NCBI GenBank assembly: GCA_964016885.1
Contig: OZ024742.1
Location: forward strand, 334,738,001 to 334,802,000
Source: Eledone cirrhosa
Taxonomy: Eukaryota
Length of the DNA stretch: 64,000 bases
Direction of reading: 5' to 3'
This document shows, in pieces, positions 1 to 13,400 of the stretch. Position 1 is the stretch's first letter; the number at the start of each line of letters is the position of its first letter. The position numbers and the translations under genes were made by a program. Below the pieces are notes generated by a model. The model saw only the letters and a list, made by a program, of their open reading frames with translations. It was not told where the DNA came from and did no database searches.

Positions 1-79
1 CCCTCCTCACAAGACCAGTGTATGAGAGGGTGTGTGTGTATGTGTGTATGTATGTGTATGTGTGTGTATAAACTAAGGG

Positions 80-395
80 TAAAGACTCTCCTTCGGTCAG
101 AAATGACTACGAGATTTGCATCTTGAAAGTTTCCGGGCAAGGTGTTTTTGTGGAAAACTAGCAGATGCCCCTGCATAAAATCTCCCTTCCCCACGCCACC
201 AATATTGTCCAAGGGAAAGGCTAAAGCCGATATAGCTTGGCACCAGTGACATCGCAACACATTTCTACAGCTGAGTGAACTGGAGCAAAGTGAAATAAAG
301 TGTTTTGCTCAAGAACACAACGCATTGTCTGGTTTCGCAATCGAACTCACGATTGTCAATCCGACGCCCTAACCACTAAGCCACGCGCCATCACT
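80..395 (-). mobile_element. tRNA-derived SINE, family B (head at right end)
   Basis: The block ctacagctgagtgaactggagcaa..gaaataaagtg..ttgctcaagaacacaac..aatcgaactcac..cctaaccactaagccacgcgcc recurs at about 6770-6850, 34810-34880, 36270-36433 and 42335-42590. Its reverse complement begins tRNA-like (ggcgcgtggcttagtggttaggg...gagttcgatt; A/B boxes). Confidence 0.7.
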
Positions 396-424
396 GAGTA
401 TAACGAATGTTTAACTATAAAATG

Positions 425-648
425 ATTTCTAGTATAGGCACAAGGCCAGTAATTTTGGGAGAGGGGAAAGTCGATTAAATCGACCCCAGTACGTCACTGA
501 TGCTTTATTTTATCGACCCTGTAAGGACGTAAGGATGAAAGGGAAAGTTAACCTTGGCGGGATTTGAACTCAGACCGTAAGGGACCGTAACTCTATGCTG
601 CAAAGCATGGTGCCCGACTCTCTACTGATACTGCCAATCCATCGCTCT
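425..648 (-). mobile_element. tRNA-derived SINE, family A
   Basis: Reverse complement of the copies at 4368 and 13178. Shared core tttgcctttcatccttacggggtcgataaaataaagtaccag and B-box-like gagttcaaatcc. Confidence 0.75.
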
Positions 649-1078
649 AGGTTTAACTATAAAGTAATCTAGCAATGTATGTATATATTAAAGGAAACTT
701 GCAGGAAGAGATTTCAAATCTGCTTTATACTGGGCGGTTGCACTAATCTTTTTTCTCCTGTAGTAAACATTATATACTATTTTATAATGTAGCAGCTTAC
801 AATAAGCTAACACTTGTATGATAAATATACTCAGTCTCAGTATTGACTTCTTATTTTCTCCATACAGTTAATTTGTCGTTCGTGACAGCGCTTGGGAATG
901 CAATATATATATATATATATATAATATAGAAATAGCTTCTCCAGGTCTAGAACTGTTTCATTCGAAAATGTAACTGGAGTCTTTTTAAGAATAAGTTGCA
1001 TTTTCCATTTCTTTTCCTTATACTTTCACTCGTGTAGGACATCTCATTTTTTTCCGTTTAAAAAAAAAACCTCCTTTC

Positions 1079-1160
<82 letters not shown>

Positions 1161-1167
<7 letters not shown>

Positions 1168-1579
1168 TATGTACACGTACATACATATATGTATACCGAC
1201 GTACAGTAGTATGTATATATATATATACATACATGCACACATATATATATGCACGTATGGATTCACCGAACATTTATTATAATGCTCGGTGTGTTTGTAA
1301 ACAAACATCCCGTATTAAGCCGTAGTGTCCAGCAACCACCGTTGCTCGTTTGTTCAACACTGACAAAGGAACGTTGTCAGTGTTGAACAAACGAGCAACG
1401 GTGGTTGCTAGACACTACGGCTTAATACGGGATGTTTGTTTACAAACACACCGAGCATTATAATAAATGTTCGGTGAATCCATACGTGCATATATATATG
1501 TGTGCATGTATGTATATATATATATACATACTACTGTACGTCGGTATACATATATGTATGTACGTGTACATACTTATAT
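1161..1579. repeat. Near-perfect long palindrome (about 206-bp arms, 7-nt loop)
   Basis: Arms 1161-1366 and 1374-1579 are reverse complements with one visible mismatch (1330). Loop is aggaacg. Left side abuts (TA)n. Confidence 0.95.
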
Positions 1580-1635
1580 TTAAGTAACAGCCGTACTAAG
1601 AGTGGGAAATGAAATATCGTTTCATTTTTTCCGTT

Positions 1636-1669
<34 letters not shown>

Positions 1670-1784
1670 GTTATATATATTATATGTGTGTGTCGGTATG
1701 TATGTACTTCGTAAGATATACTCCATAACATACCGTACTACTAGGTAAGCCCGGGTATCTAAATGTGATAGTCTTTGTGCCTTG

Positions 1785-1970
1785 TAACCTCAGGCCAGGC
1801 AAAATTTAACTAATCAATGATCAAAACCTTTCAACTGTGACGAGATAAGCATTTTTCAAAGCGTATACACGACTACATTGTGCAAAGTGACCTTCTTTTT
1901 TAAGTCACTAGGGAGTGATATCAGGCAGGTTTGGCTGTTATATCTTTCAGGTAGAGACTCCCTTGCTGGT
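1785..1970. repeat. Dispersed repeat family C (unclassified, SINE-like)
   Basis: Diverged similarity to about 13497-13695 and, inverted, about 29740-29970, 25990-26060 and 33500-33580 (tttggctgttatttct..cagg motif). Confidence 0.45.
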
Positions 1971-2297
1971 ATGAATGTTGTAAAGTTTCTTTATCAGGTT
2001 TATTTGAGTCATTTCGATACACTATGTACCCATCTCTTTGATCTTCTTCAATTTTTATGTACATACACTCACCTATTGGTTTTAAGTAATTTCAGTTCAG
2101 TGTAATCTTGATTCTTTGATCTATATCACATTTAAGTATAAATTACATGTATATATATATGTGTGTGTATATGCGCGCGCGCGTGTGTGTGTGTGCCTTA
2201 TCCGTTACATGTATATATATGTGTGTGCCTGTGTGTGTGTGTGGGCGCGTATGTGTGTGTGTGTGCCTGTGTTTGTGTGAATGTGTGTGTTTATGTA

Positions 2298-2353
<56 letters not shown>

Positions 2354-2570
2354 CTTTTATGGGTGTATGTATATATGTATATATATATATATGTGTGTGT
2401 GCTTTTATGGGTGTATGTATATATGTATATATAGCATCTTAGATCTGAATCATATTTACGTGTGTACACATATATCATACGTTTATACACGTATGTCTCA
2501 TCTATTGTACGCTTGTATGTCTCATGTTTGATCTTAATAATATTTATGTATACATTGTCATATGACCTGC

Positions 2571-2629
<59 letters not shown>

Positions 2630-3270
2630 ACAGTCACTATATACGTGTACACAATAATAAGTCAAATTTTATCTGAATCATATTCATGTATATAGACACT
2701 TGTATTGTATGCGTTTATATATGTATATAGATCATGTATTGTAGATAAATAAACGTAAATATTATACATTGAAAAGTACTTATATTAATGTAAAGATATT
2801 GGTTACAATTTTCATGGTACATTTTCAAGTAAACTTTCATTTCTTCCCAAATATAGTCTTGTGAGAATGAAATATCTACTCATACTGAAATTATGATCAT
2901 GGAGCCTCCATCAGTTTCGACGACGATTATTAAGTTGTCCGATTAATTGAACTTCTAACTTGTAAACTATCATATAAGCAATTGAGTATTCCACAGACAC
3001 GTGTACTTTAAAGTAATTCCCGAGCTGAATTAGCGTGACGCACACTTTTGGAAGCCCTACATGTTCATATATATTTCAAATGGGCGTAAGAAGGTTCTAT
3101 ACAAAACAGGGGTTATAGAGAAAATGTGGAGTTGGAAATAGCACGGAAAATATATTTAAGGATCTGCTTTTCTTTTTCTCTTCTTTGATTCGTCAAAGTG
3201 ATATTATTAAAAAATGAGAGAAACAATTCTTTTTAAAAGAAGGAGTTTATAATGTATATAGAATATATTA

Positions 3271-3318
3271 AATATAACCGGTTTCGATGTATCAGTGTAA
3301 ATTCTCTTATCAAATGTT
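3271..3318 (-). ncRNA. Degenerate type I hammerhead ribozyme motif
   Basis: Minus strand: aacat TTGATAA gagaat...acatc GAAAC cg GTT atatt. Palindromic helix III (aaccggtt). Helices I and II are imperfect. Confidence 0.45.
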
Positions 3319-3569
3319 GAATATTACGATTAAAAAAGAATCAAAAAGAGTAAAAAAGAATTTAAAATTTTTAATTTTAAATTAATTGTTGAAAAGGTCT
3401 GTTCATCTTTCTTGTGAAGACCTCTCTATAAGGCTCCATTTTAGACCCAGTCTTCACAAGAAAGATGAACATAACTTTTCAACAATTAATTTTAAATTTT
3501 AAATGTTTTATTTTTTTTGTTTTTTTAATTCTTTTTAATTCTCTTTAATTGTAACATTCAACATCTGAT
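3309..3569. repeat. Diverged inverted repeat (about 115-bp arms, 28-nt spacer)
   Basis: gttcatctttcttgtgaagac / gtcttcacaagaaagatgaac at the centre; atcaaatgttgaat / attcaacatctgat at the ends. Confidence 0.8.
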
Positions 3570-4367
3570 CTATTTCTTTGAAACTCAAAATTGCATTTGT
3601 ATTACTATTACATAGCCACATGGTCAGACGTTTTGGTAAGAAGCAACACTCGATTATATCGAGCTGTACTTGACTGATAATTATTTCATCGACTACGCAA
3701 GGATGGAAATTATTCATAATACCATGGAAAGGCTGTGTCACAATGTCATTTTAACTTCGCTTAATGACACTCTCTTTTATACTATTACAACATATTTCAT
3801 ACATTCTCCTGCTTCCCTCACTCTCTTTCTTTCTTTGCCTTTCCTTTCACGCTTTCTATCTCCCTCAATATATTCCCTATTCTTTTAGTTAATCTTAACT
3901 CTCGATCTCTATGCTTTGTGTGAATATTAATCTCTACTCTGACTCAGTGCTCCTATTATTCAGTTCTCTTCTTTGTCTTTCTTTTACATAGTTACATTTC
4001 TTCCTCATTTCTCTGAATCTGAAATTTGATTTTTTTTTTTTCTGTCAATGATATTTCCTTAAAACATACCACGGACAATATGTTCCTCATTCACAATGGC
4101 ATCTTTTGCTAAACTCAAGTGAGCTCTGTAATAAAGTAACGAGGGAATTTGAGGACGAATTCGGCTTTTTTTTTATTGCCAATAAATCCTCAAGAGATTG
4201 ACTTTCCCTTCAGAATTTCTTTATTTGTGCTCCTGTTGGTGAAACCAAAAACATTGCGCATCTTGATATGCAGTCAGTGATACAAATTCCTAAAATAAGA
4301 TAATTACTGGTCTAATTATAACGCCGGGATTTATGGCAATGTTTAATATAATTTCATTATTTTTTGA

Positions 4368-4560
4368 AGGGTGGATTGACAGTATCGGTAGAGGGTCGGA
4401 CGCCATGCTTTGCAGCATAGAGTTACGGCCCTTTACGGTCTGCGTTCAAATCCCGATAAGGTTAACTTTGCCTTTCATCCTTACGGAGTCGATAGAATAA
4501 AGTACCAGTAATGTACTGGGATAATTGCTGGCCTTGTGCCAAAAAGTAGAAACAATTATT
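4368..4560 (+). mobile_element. tRNA-derived SINE, family A
   Basis: gggtggattgacagtatcggtagag...gttcaaatccc...tttgcctttcatccttacggagtcgatagaataaagtaccag. Partial copies follow at about 4995-5125 and 5135-5320, and others lie at about 9170-9350, 12725-12825, 29520-29645, 35800-35910 and 39895-39965. Confidence 0.75.
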
Positions 4561-5996
4561 TTTTCAAGGATCATTCCGTACCAGTTGCAATATTGCTGTA
4601 TGTGGGTTGCCTTCGATTTCAAGCTGTTATAAGATTGATCTTTATTTCCAATACAGTATTAATATAAAGTAGTTTAACTTGATGAATTATGGGTTCAAAA
4701 GCCGGCGTGGTCAGCTTTGCATTTCATCATTCCAATGTCTATAAGTAGCAGTCTAGGATTACAGCCTAGCGGCATAATATATGCTTCGGCGTTTTTAGTT
4801 TCAATTCTTCCATAGCCAAGTTTGGTAGCAGACACTAATCGTCTAGTGTTGGGGTGTCTTTGTACACATTCAGGCCTGGTTTCCCGTTTGGATATACTTC
4901 CCTCCCTCCCTTTCACAGTTCGAGGAGACACTGAAAAATACACTGACTGAATGAAAACATAAACGTGGCAATTATTATTATTAGTTTCAGGACTCGAGGT
5001 TAATTTGCCTTTCATCCTTACAGGGTCGATAAAATAAAGTACCAGTAATGCACTGGAGCCGATTTATTCGACTTTCCCCTTCCCTCAAAATTGTTGGCCT
5101 TGTGCTTAAAGCAGAAACCATTAATAATTTCAGGACAACATGCTTTATGGCATAGGGTTACGTCCCTTTACGATCTGAGTTCAAGTCCTATCGAGGTTAG
5201 CTTTGCCTTTCATCCTTACGAGGTCGATGAAATAAAGTACCATTAATGCACTGAGGTCGATTTACTCGACATTCCCAACCCCAAATATTGTTCGCATTGT
5301 GCCTAAATCAGAAACCATTATTAGTTTCAATATGTAGAGTCCGTTGTAATTGGTACCCACCCCCTTCTATCATGACTGACCAAAGGTTTGCAACTGGAAA
5401 ATTGATCACAGAGGACCAAGCGCGGGCAGGGTTTTTTTTGTTTTTTTTAGGTGCTCAGCAGTTACCTATGTATTCCCAACACGCTCCTTCCACAGCACGT
5501 ATGTTGTCTAAGACCAAGGCGAAGGCCGATACAGCTCGATACTACTGACGTCGCAACTCATATTTTGCCACCGCCATTGTGGCAGCGATAGAATAAACAT
5601 AGTGATGAGACAGAGCGTTTGAGGGTCAGAGGTTACGGTGTTGGTGAGTCAGTCTTTGTCAATCAGCCGATGATTTTTCTTTGAGAAGCGAAATAGGATG
5701 GAGAAAATAGAGGTAAAAGAATTGAGGCTATTAATTAGACATCAAGGGATTGCATTGACAGTCTAGTATAGTACTGTAATAGCTAACATTTATTTTCACC
5801 CTTCAAAGATTTAAAAATTCCAACTTTGATGTTCTCGTTCACCCCACCCCGCCTGTCGCCCCTCTGTACTCTCTTCCACTTCCACTCGTTTTCTCTCTCT
5901 ATGTATATATATATATACAAATGTAAGTATATCTCTGTTCATATACATATATATATATACATACATAAACATACATGCATGCACATATAGACAAAC

Positions 5997-6122
<126 letters not shown>

Positions 6123-6184
6123 CTATCTTTGTCTCTCTTTTTCCGCATGAGTTTGCGTGTGTTTGTATGAAAATGAGAATGCAT

Positions 6185-6203
6185 CTTTATGTATATATGC
6201 ATT

Positions 6204-6237
<34 letters not shown>

Positions 6238-6590
6238 TGTATGTATGTATGTATGTATGTGCATGTATGTATGTATGTATGCATGTATGTATATATGTAT
6301 GAATGTATGCATGTATGTATATATGTATGAATATATGCATGTATGTATATATGTATGTATGCATGTATTTATGTATATATGTATGTATGTATGTGTGTAT
6401 GTATGTATGTATGTATGAATGCATGTATGTATATATGTGTGTATGTATGTATGCATGTATGTATATATATATGTATGTATGTATGAATGTATATATGCAT
6501 ATATGTATGTATGAATGTATGAATGTATGTATATTTGTATATATGTATGTATGAATGTATATATATATCATCATCATCATCATCATCATT
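6185..6590. repeat. (TATG)n-type compound microsatellite followed by (CAT)n
   Basis: Seen directly. It explains the YVCM/HTYI pseudo-ORFs. Confidence 0.95.
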
Positions 6591-7084
6591 TCATTTTACG
6601 TCTGCTTTTTCCCTGCTTGCAAGGGTTGGACGGGAACTGATTTTGGCTTGATTTCTACAGCTGGATGCCCTTCCTAACACTAACCTCATTTACAGTGAGT
6701 GCTAGGTGCTTTTTTGCCATGGCACCTCCACAACCACTTTGCAGTGGAATGATAGGGACCCCAGTCCCTATCATCTCATTTCTACAGCTGAGTAAACTGG
6801 AGCAATGTGAAATAAAGTGTCTTGCTCAAGGAAACAACACATCACCCGGTCTATATGTATATATGTATATATGTATGTATGTATGTGTGAATGTATGCAT
6901 GTGTGTATATATGTATATATGTATGTATGTATCAATATTTGCTTTCTCTCATTCGGTGTATACTCATGAATATATCTATGAATATACTCATTCTTGACTT
7001 CTCTATCAATCACGAAATGCCCCTTCCTCAGAAAATAAAACATACCAGCCCACAAATACACACACGCAATTATATATATATATA

Positions 7085-7158
7085 CAGGATGCCTCCAAAA
7101 ATGTATACATACTTCAACAGCACTCTGATCAAAGTGTGCATACATTTTTGGGGACACC

Positions 7159-7161
<3 letters not shown>
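7085..7161. mobile_element. Tiny Tc1/mariner-type MITE
   Basis: TIR cagg(g)tg(t)c..aaaaatgtataca / tgcatacatttttggggacaccctg in a TA context. Second copy at 10092-10166. Confidence 0.65.
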
Positions 7162-7209
<48 letters not shown>

Positions 7210-7929
7210 TGTGTGTGTGTGTGTGTGTGTGTATACAATTATACACGAGGTCAGTCTCAAGGGTATCCAATTTTATATTTCCCTCATGAGAAGTAATGTA
7301 AGGAAGACAAACGTGTGCAGAGTTGGAACAGGAGAGGTGAAAGTACGTAACTCTGGCGGAGTTCGCCACGCACGTCGAATGGCTTCATGTGTTCGAACAT
7401 CGACTGAGCAACATGTGTTCGAACACAAATCCAGGCTACTTAGTACACATGAGTCAACCAGAGAATACCTTCTTTACTTTAGCCTTTTAACATATCGGAC
7501 CAAATTTTATCCTCTTTAGATGCCTTGCCACATTTCAGCATTTTAATTCTTCTCGTAACCTCAACCTTCGAGAGATGAGACCTCACCCTTATTCGCATCT
7601 TATGTACAACAGAAGATGTTGTTGTAACCGGATGTGGGTGATCACCAAAGTATTCTCTACACCTCGCTTTAGAGGGAAGAAGCCAAACGAGTAGTTGATA
7701 GCCGGTATGGAGAGGGGGCTTTTTATTACGAACTCAGTCGATGGTCAACTAAAATACTTTATTTGCTGATCTAAAGTCGGATTTCAAACAGGAGGCAGCC
7801 TGTCATGTAATTATGTCGATGTTGCCGAATGAGATCGTTCTGTCTTGCATTTTATTTGGATGATGGAGCAGGCCCATCGAAATATGTATAGTGATTTCAC
7901 GGAATTAAAATTTTAAAGTATATATATAT

Positions 7930-8121
7930 ATAACAAAGAAGATGTGGAAGATACCAGGTGGACCATACGCACCAGAGTACTCGATACTTAGGGTAGTAGA
8001 GTGGGTAATAGGAAAAGAGTCAGGACCCCGACAGCTGAGCCCCGGCCCTTTCGACAGTTAGATCTGAACTAGCTGTCGAAACGGCCGGGGCTCAGCCGTC
8101 AGAGTCGTGACTCTTTTCCTA
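7930..8121. mobile_element. HHR-family element 3' end with fold-back palindrome (8009-8121)
   Basis: Same family as 10020-10081 and 46915-47241. Contains GAAAC ggc cggggctca gcc GTC (HHR helix III plus GUC) on both arms. Confidence 0.6.
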
Positions 8122-8147
8122 CACACACACACACACACAGATATATA

Positions 8148-8225
<78 letters not shown>

Positions 8226-8352
8226 CAAACAAATTAAAGAACACGGGAAGCATGGGAATATGCTGATGGAGTATAGAGATATGTAAAATCCTAAGCCCCA
8301 TGCATTGAGTAGACCCATGATTTGTCAGCACCGCATATTTTCTCCCCCCCCC

Positions 8353-8430
<78 letters not shown>

Positions 8431-8470
8431 TAAATGATAATCAAAGAGTGTTTGTTTAAAACATTTAATC

Positions 8471-8515
8471 ACTTATGATCGTTTCATCCTAGCTCAAGGC
8501 CAATTTCATCGGAGT
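8471..8515 (-). ncRNA. Degenerate type I hammerhead ribozyme motif
   Basis: Minus strand: act CCGATGA aat-tggc-cttga-gcta-ggat GAAAC gatc aTA agt. Helix I is act/agt and helix III is near-palindromic. Confidence 0.5.
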
Positions 8516-9564
8516 ACATAACAAAGGTCAATCACAAATATATTATCAAAACTTTGTCACAAGAACATTAGGAGGATACATTATATTGAAGGTTAGATAA
8601 GCATAAGTATCAACATTTATATAAGATATCAGTGGCGGAAGAAACATATAAAGAATAGGAGCTTATAAATGCAATAAAAATTAAAACCAGAAAAAAACAT
8701 TAAAAATTAAAAATTAAAAATCATGCTGTTACAGAAAAATCATAAAATATGTTGTTACAGAAAAGTTAAGTGCAGTGAAAAACATATATTATAAGTAGTT
8801 CAGAAAATTAATAAAGTTAATATGAGAAGGCATGCAATTCAAATATAAATATTAAAATACATTCCAAAAATATTTTTAATTATGCAATTAAAAACGTTCC
8901 ACTACGTCATTCAGAATTATTTATCAAACCGTCTAAACAAGTTAATATTGAGTAAATTGAATCATCAAAGTACAAAATCAAATATAGATTGAAGTGTTAT
9001 CAAGATACATCATCCAAAAGTACCACACAGTTGAATATGAGAGACAGTTATATATCATCAAGCGTAGAAAACATACATCTTAGCAGGGAATTAAAAGAAT
9101 TAATCCTTAAAAAACGGTTAAGACGAAATAAAAATAAAGGGGTGTAATCTGAGTTTTTCGAATATTAATAATTGTTTCTACTTTTGGCACAAGGCCAGCA
9201 ATTACCCAGTGTATTACTGGTACTTTATTTTATCGACCCCGTAAAGATGAAAGGCAAAGTTAACCTTGGCGGGTATTAATAATTGTTTCTACGTTAGGCA
9301 AAAGGCCAGCAATTATCAGTGTATTACTGGTACTTTATTTTATCGACCCCGGCGGGTATTAATAATAACATTCGATTCGTTTGCAATTATGCGAACAAGC
9401 CTATATATTATAGAGTTCTATATATATTATAGAGTTACTATATATTCAATAAGGAAGAAATAGAAAGATAAGGTATGTAAATATGTACCGACTTAAAAAA
9501 AAAGTGTTACGGTTAATAATTGTAGAACTAAAGAATTTTTTTAAATAAGAAGTTTACAAAATAC

Positions 9565-9592
<28 letters not shown>

Positions 9593-9600
<8 letters not shown>

Positions 9601-9667
9601 GACGTCCACAGGACTAGAACTGTTTAATTCGGGAGGAACCATCAGTCCTGTAGAAGCCATTTCTATA
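9593..9667 (-). repeat. Hairpin element with HHR-like core (family also at about 925-968 and 32545-32655)
   Basis: About 24-bp inverted arms tagaaatggcttctacaggact / agtcctgtagaagccatttcta around ctgatg(a)-ttc..gaat-gaaacagttc. Confidence 0.5.
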
Positions 9668-9920
9668 TTAAATATTTACACATGCTCTGTATTGGGTACC
9701 TTACTTACTGTGATTACCTCCGTAAGGTAGATTTGATAGGTAGATAGATTGTTCGATATGTTAGTTTCTCTCTTTCTATCTTCCTCTCATTTCTTAAGTC
9801 AATTTCTTGTCTGCTTTCATGCAAAATTACTTCTACACAGAATCATACCATGGATATATAAGCGCACCTAAACACACACACACGAATATACAAGTACGCA
9901 TAACACACACACACACACAT

Positions 9921-9964
<44 letters not shown>

Positions 9965-10091
9965 TTTTTAGAAGAAGCAGATGCTGTGTATTTGCTGGAT
10001 GAATATATATATATATATGATTCCAGAAATAGCCGTCGCAACGGCGTGAGCTCTGCCGTCGGGGTCCTGAACCTTTTCCTATATATATATG

Positions 10092-10166
10092 CAGGGTGTC
10101 CCGAAAAATGTATATAATATTTATTAGAATGGTGTTCAAGTGTGTATACATTTTGGGGACACCCTG
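10092..10166. mobile_element. Tiny Tc1/mariner-type MITE, second copy
   Basis: cagggtgtcccgaaaaatgtata ... tatacattttggggacaccctg followed by TA. Confidence 0.65.
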
Positions 10167-10285
10167 TATATATAGATAAAGATATAGATATAGATATAGA
10201 TATACATACTGATATGCAAGCATGTATACATAGATATCCACATATACACAATGCATATTCTCACACACATATTACATACACACAC

Positions 10286-10324
<39 letters not shown>

Positions 10325-10906
10325 TATATACATGCATATATGCATGCATACATACACATACACACATACACATATGCACACATACATACATACATACGTA
10401 CATAGATATATATACATACATACGTACACACACACGTACATACATACATACATACATACATACATACATACATACATACATACATACATACATACATACA
10501 TGCATACAAATACAAACCAACAGTCTAAATAAATACATTAACAATAAAAGAATATAACTCAACAGACTAATGTTCTGTTGTTACCCCTCAGGCAGCCGAA
10601 AACAGCATTGGCTTTGTCTATTTAACAAAATCATTAACAAATAAGTTCACCACCCTAACAAATCTCTGTGAATTCTGTTCTGTTTTATGGGCCTCAAGAC
10701 GCCAAACATCACACGGCCATCTATAACACTACGTCTGTATTTTTATTGCTTTACAAATAGATTTGTTATAATTTTCATAAACAAATTCTCCCATAATCGT
10801 TCACATAATCAGATGGTAACTGACACGGAAGATGCAACTTCTATATCTGTGTTTGTAAATTTGTGTGCGTATACATAAATACACACGCACACACATACAC
10901 ACACAC

Positions 10907-10963
<57 letters not shown>

Positions 10964-11016
10964 ATGTATGTATGTATATATATATATATGTGTGTGTGTG
11001 TATGTATGTATGCATG

Positions 11017-11086
<70 letters not shown>

Positions 11087-11087
11087 T

Positions 11088-11122
<35 letters not shown>

Positions 11123-11573
11123 GTATGTATGTATGGTTGTTCATGGCAGTTTCTATACACACAGGATTCTTGTCCACCTAATGGAATATTAAACAGATAG
11201 CACTTGCGTTTCCGCCATAGAAATATATGGAAATGCGTCACATCCGTTTTGGTAACGTTTTGTAGTTTTTTTTTTTCTATCGCTTATTTTTTATCCTCAG
11301 TTTCTTCACATATTTTCTTCTGGGACTTTATTTTAAATATGCTCCAGTATCATTTGTCAGTGAAATTTCAGTTATGTATGCTAGTGTGTATGTATAATCA
11401 TATCTGTGATGTGTATGTGTGCGGCTTTTGTTTTAATGAATTGACCTGGTAACTTATTGTGGCGTCAAAATGGCTTACGTTCAACTACGCCCCTCCAACA
11501 CATATATGTGCGTATTCCTGGATGCGTGTATCTATTTGTACGTGCTTATGTCCGAATGTATACATACGTATAT

Positions 11574-11696
<123 letters not shown>

Positions 11697-12415
11697 AGTA
11701 TGTAAAAGGTAAACAGAAATATATATATTGTATTCACTGAAAAATATATAATAATATATATATATATATGGATATATATGGATATATATGGATATATGTA
11801 AATGAGAATGTATGTATGCGTGCGTGCGTGTGTGTGCGCCTGGGTGCGTCTGTGTTTATGTATAAAAATACACGTAAGGTGATAATGTATATTTCATTAT
11901 TTCACACCAACAGTCAACGCCTTTTCCACACTTTTAGCTAATATTTTCTGTACTAACTACTGAGATTAAGGTGATGGCGACTGGGAGAGTTTGATCGTTA
12001 TGATGATGACGGTAGTGGCGATGGTGGTGCTGTTGTAGGAAATGTTCATAACGGTTTTAGTGGTGGGTGGCGATGATGGTGGCGATGACGGTGACGATGC
12101 TGGCGGTTTGATAATAGTGCACTCACGGTATTAATGCTAGTTTAGATGATGATGTCTATGTTGGCGGGATTTTTTTTTTTTTTCCATTGTATAATCAAAG
12201 GGGAGGGACAGTGGTCAAATCCTTTTCAAGATTTTTGAAACTGGTGGATGGAGTTAGAGAGGAACACTCAAACTAGAAAACTGACCCGATTGACTACCAC
12301 AAAATGTGAAGGAAAGTGATGGTGACATTTGTGATAATTGCTGTGTTGATGATGGCGGAGGTGACTGTGTTGAATACATGCTGATGCTGGTATTGTTTGT
12401 ATTAGTTGTAATGGT

Positions 12416-12712
12416 GTGAAGGCGCATGGTTTCGTAATATTATGAGTTCGATTCCTATCGGCATGTTTTGTCTTTGAGCAAGACTCTTTATTTTACATTG
12501 CTCCAGTCCACTCAGCTGGCAAAAATGAGTTGTGCCTGTAGTTCGAATGGCCAGCGTTGTCATATTCTGTGTCATGTGAATCTCCCTGAGAACTACGTTA
12601 AGTGTACGCGTGTCTATGGAATGCTCAGCCACTTGCACATTAATTTTATGAGCAGGCTGTTCCGTTGATCAGATCAACTGGAGCACCCATCGTCGTAACT
12701 GACGGAGTGCCT
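12416..12712 (+). mobile_element. tRNA-derived SINE (family B head with distinct 3' body)
   Basis: Head ggcgcatgg...gagttcgattcc; body gaatctccctgagaactacgttaag...gagcaggctgttccgttgatc. Related copies at about 2905-3060 (-) and 61905-62220 (+). Confidence 0.7.
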
Positions 12713-13177
12713 CAGATTTAATGGTGAGTTCAAATGAGTTCAGATCCCACCGAGGTCAACTTTGCCTTTTCTCCTTTTGAGGTCAATAAAAAAAAGTACC
12801 AGTCTAGTACTGGGGTCGATTCTTCCTCTTTATATATTTCTCAATTCCTCTCTTTCACATTCTATCTTTCTCTGGCAGAAATCTGCTCTGCTCAGGTCTG
12901 GAGAGGGATGGGCCCCGCCAGACTTAAAATGTCCAAGAAACGTCGTATGTCAATACGTCACCCCTACGACTCTATCAGGAGTTACGGGACCTTACATACA
13001 TACAATAATAGCAGTGTTGTTGATAATATTGGATATACTAAAGATAATGTTTTATTGATGTTTGAGTTTGTTTTACTGGAATTGTAATGACAGTGGTTAT
13101 AGGGTGTCTTGTATTAGTTTTTGTGTTTTTGCTGGTTGTAATGATCATTTATTGTTTTACTATATTGTTTGTGACTA

Positions 13178-13400
13178 GGGCGGTGGATTGGCAGAACCGG
13201 TAGAGCGTCGGAAACCATGCTTTTCAACATAGAGTTACAGTCATTTCCGGCCTGAGTTCAAATCTCGCCAAGGTTAGCTTTGCCTTTCATCCTTACGGAG
13301 TCGATAAAATAAAGCACCAGTAATGCACTGGGGTCGATTTAATCAAGTTGCCCCTCCGCTAAAATTGTTGGCCTCGTGCCTAAATCAGAAACCAGTATTA
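13178..13400 (+). mobile_element. tRNA-derived SINE, family A (full-length)
   Basis: gggcggtggattggcagaaccggtagagcgtcgg...gagttcaaatc...cctttcatccttacggagtcgataaaataaagcaccag...gcctaaatcagaaacc. Confidence 0.8.
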
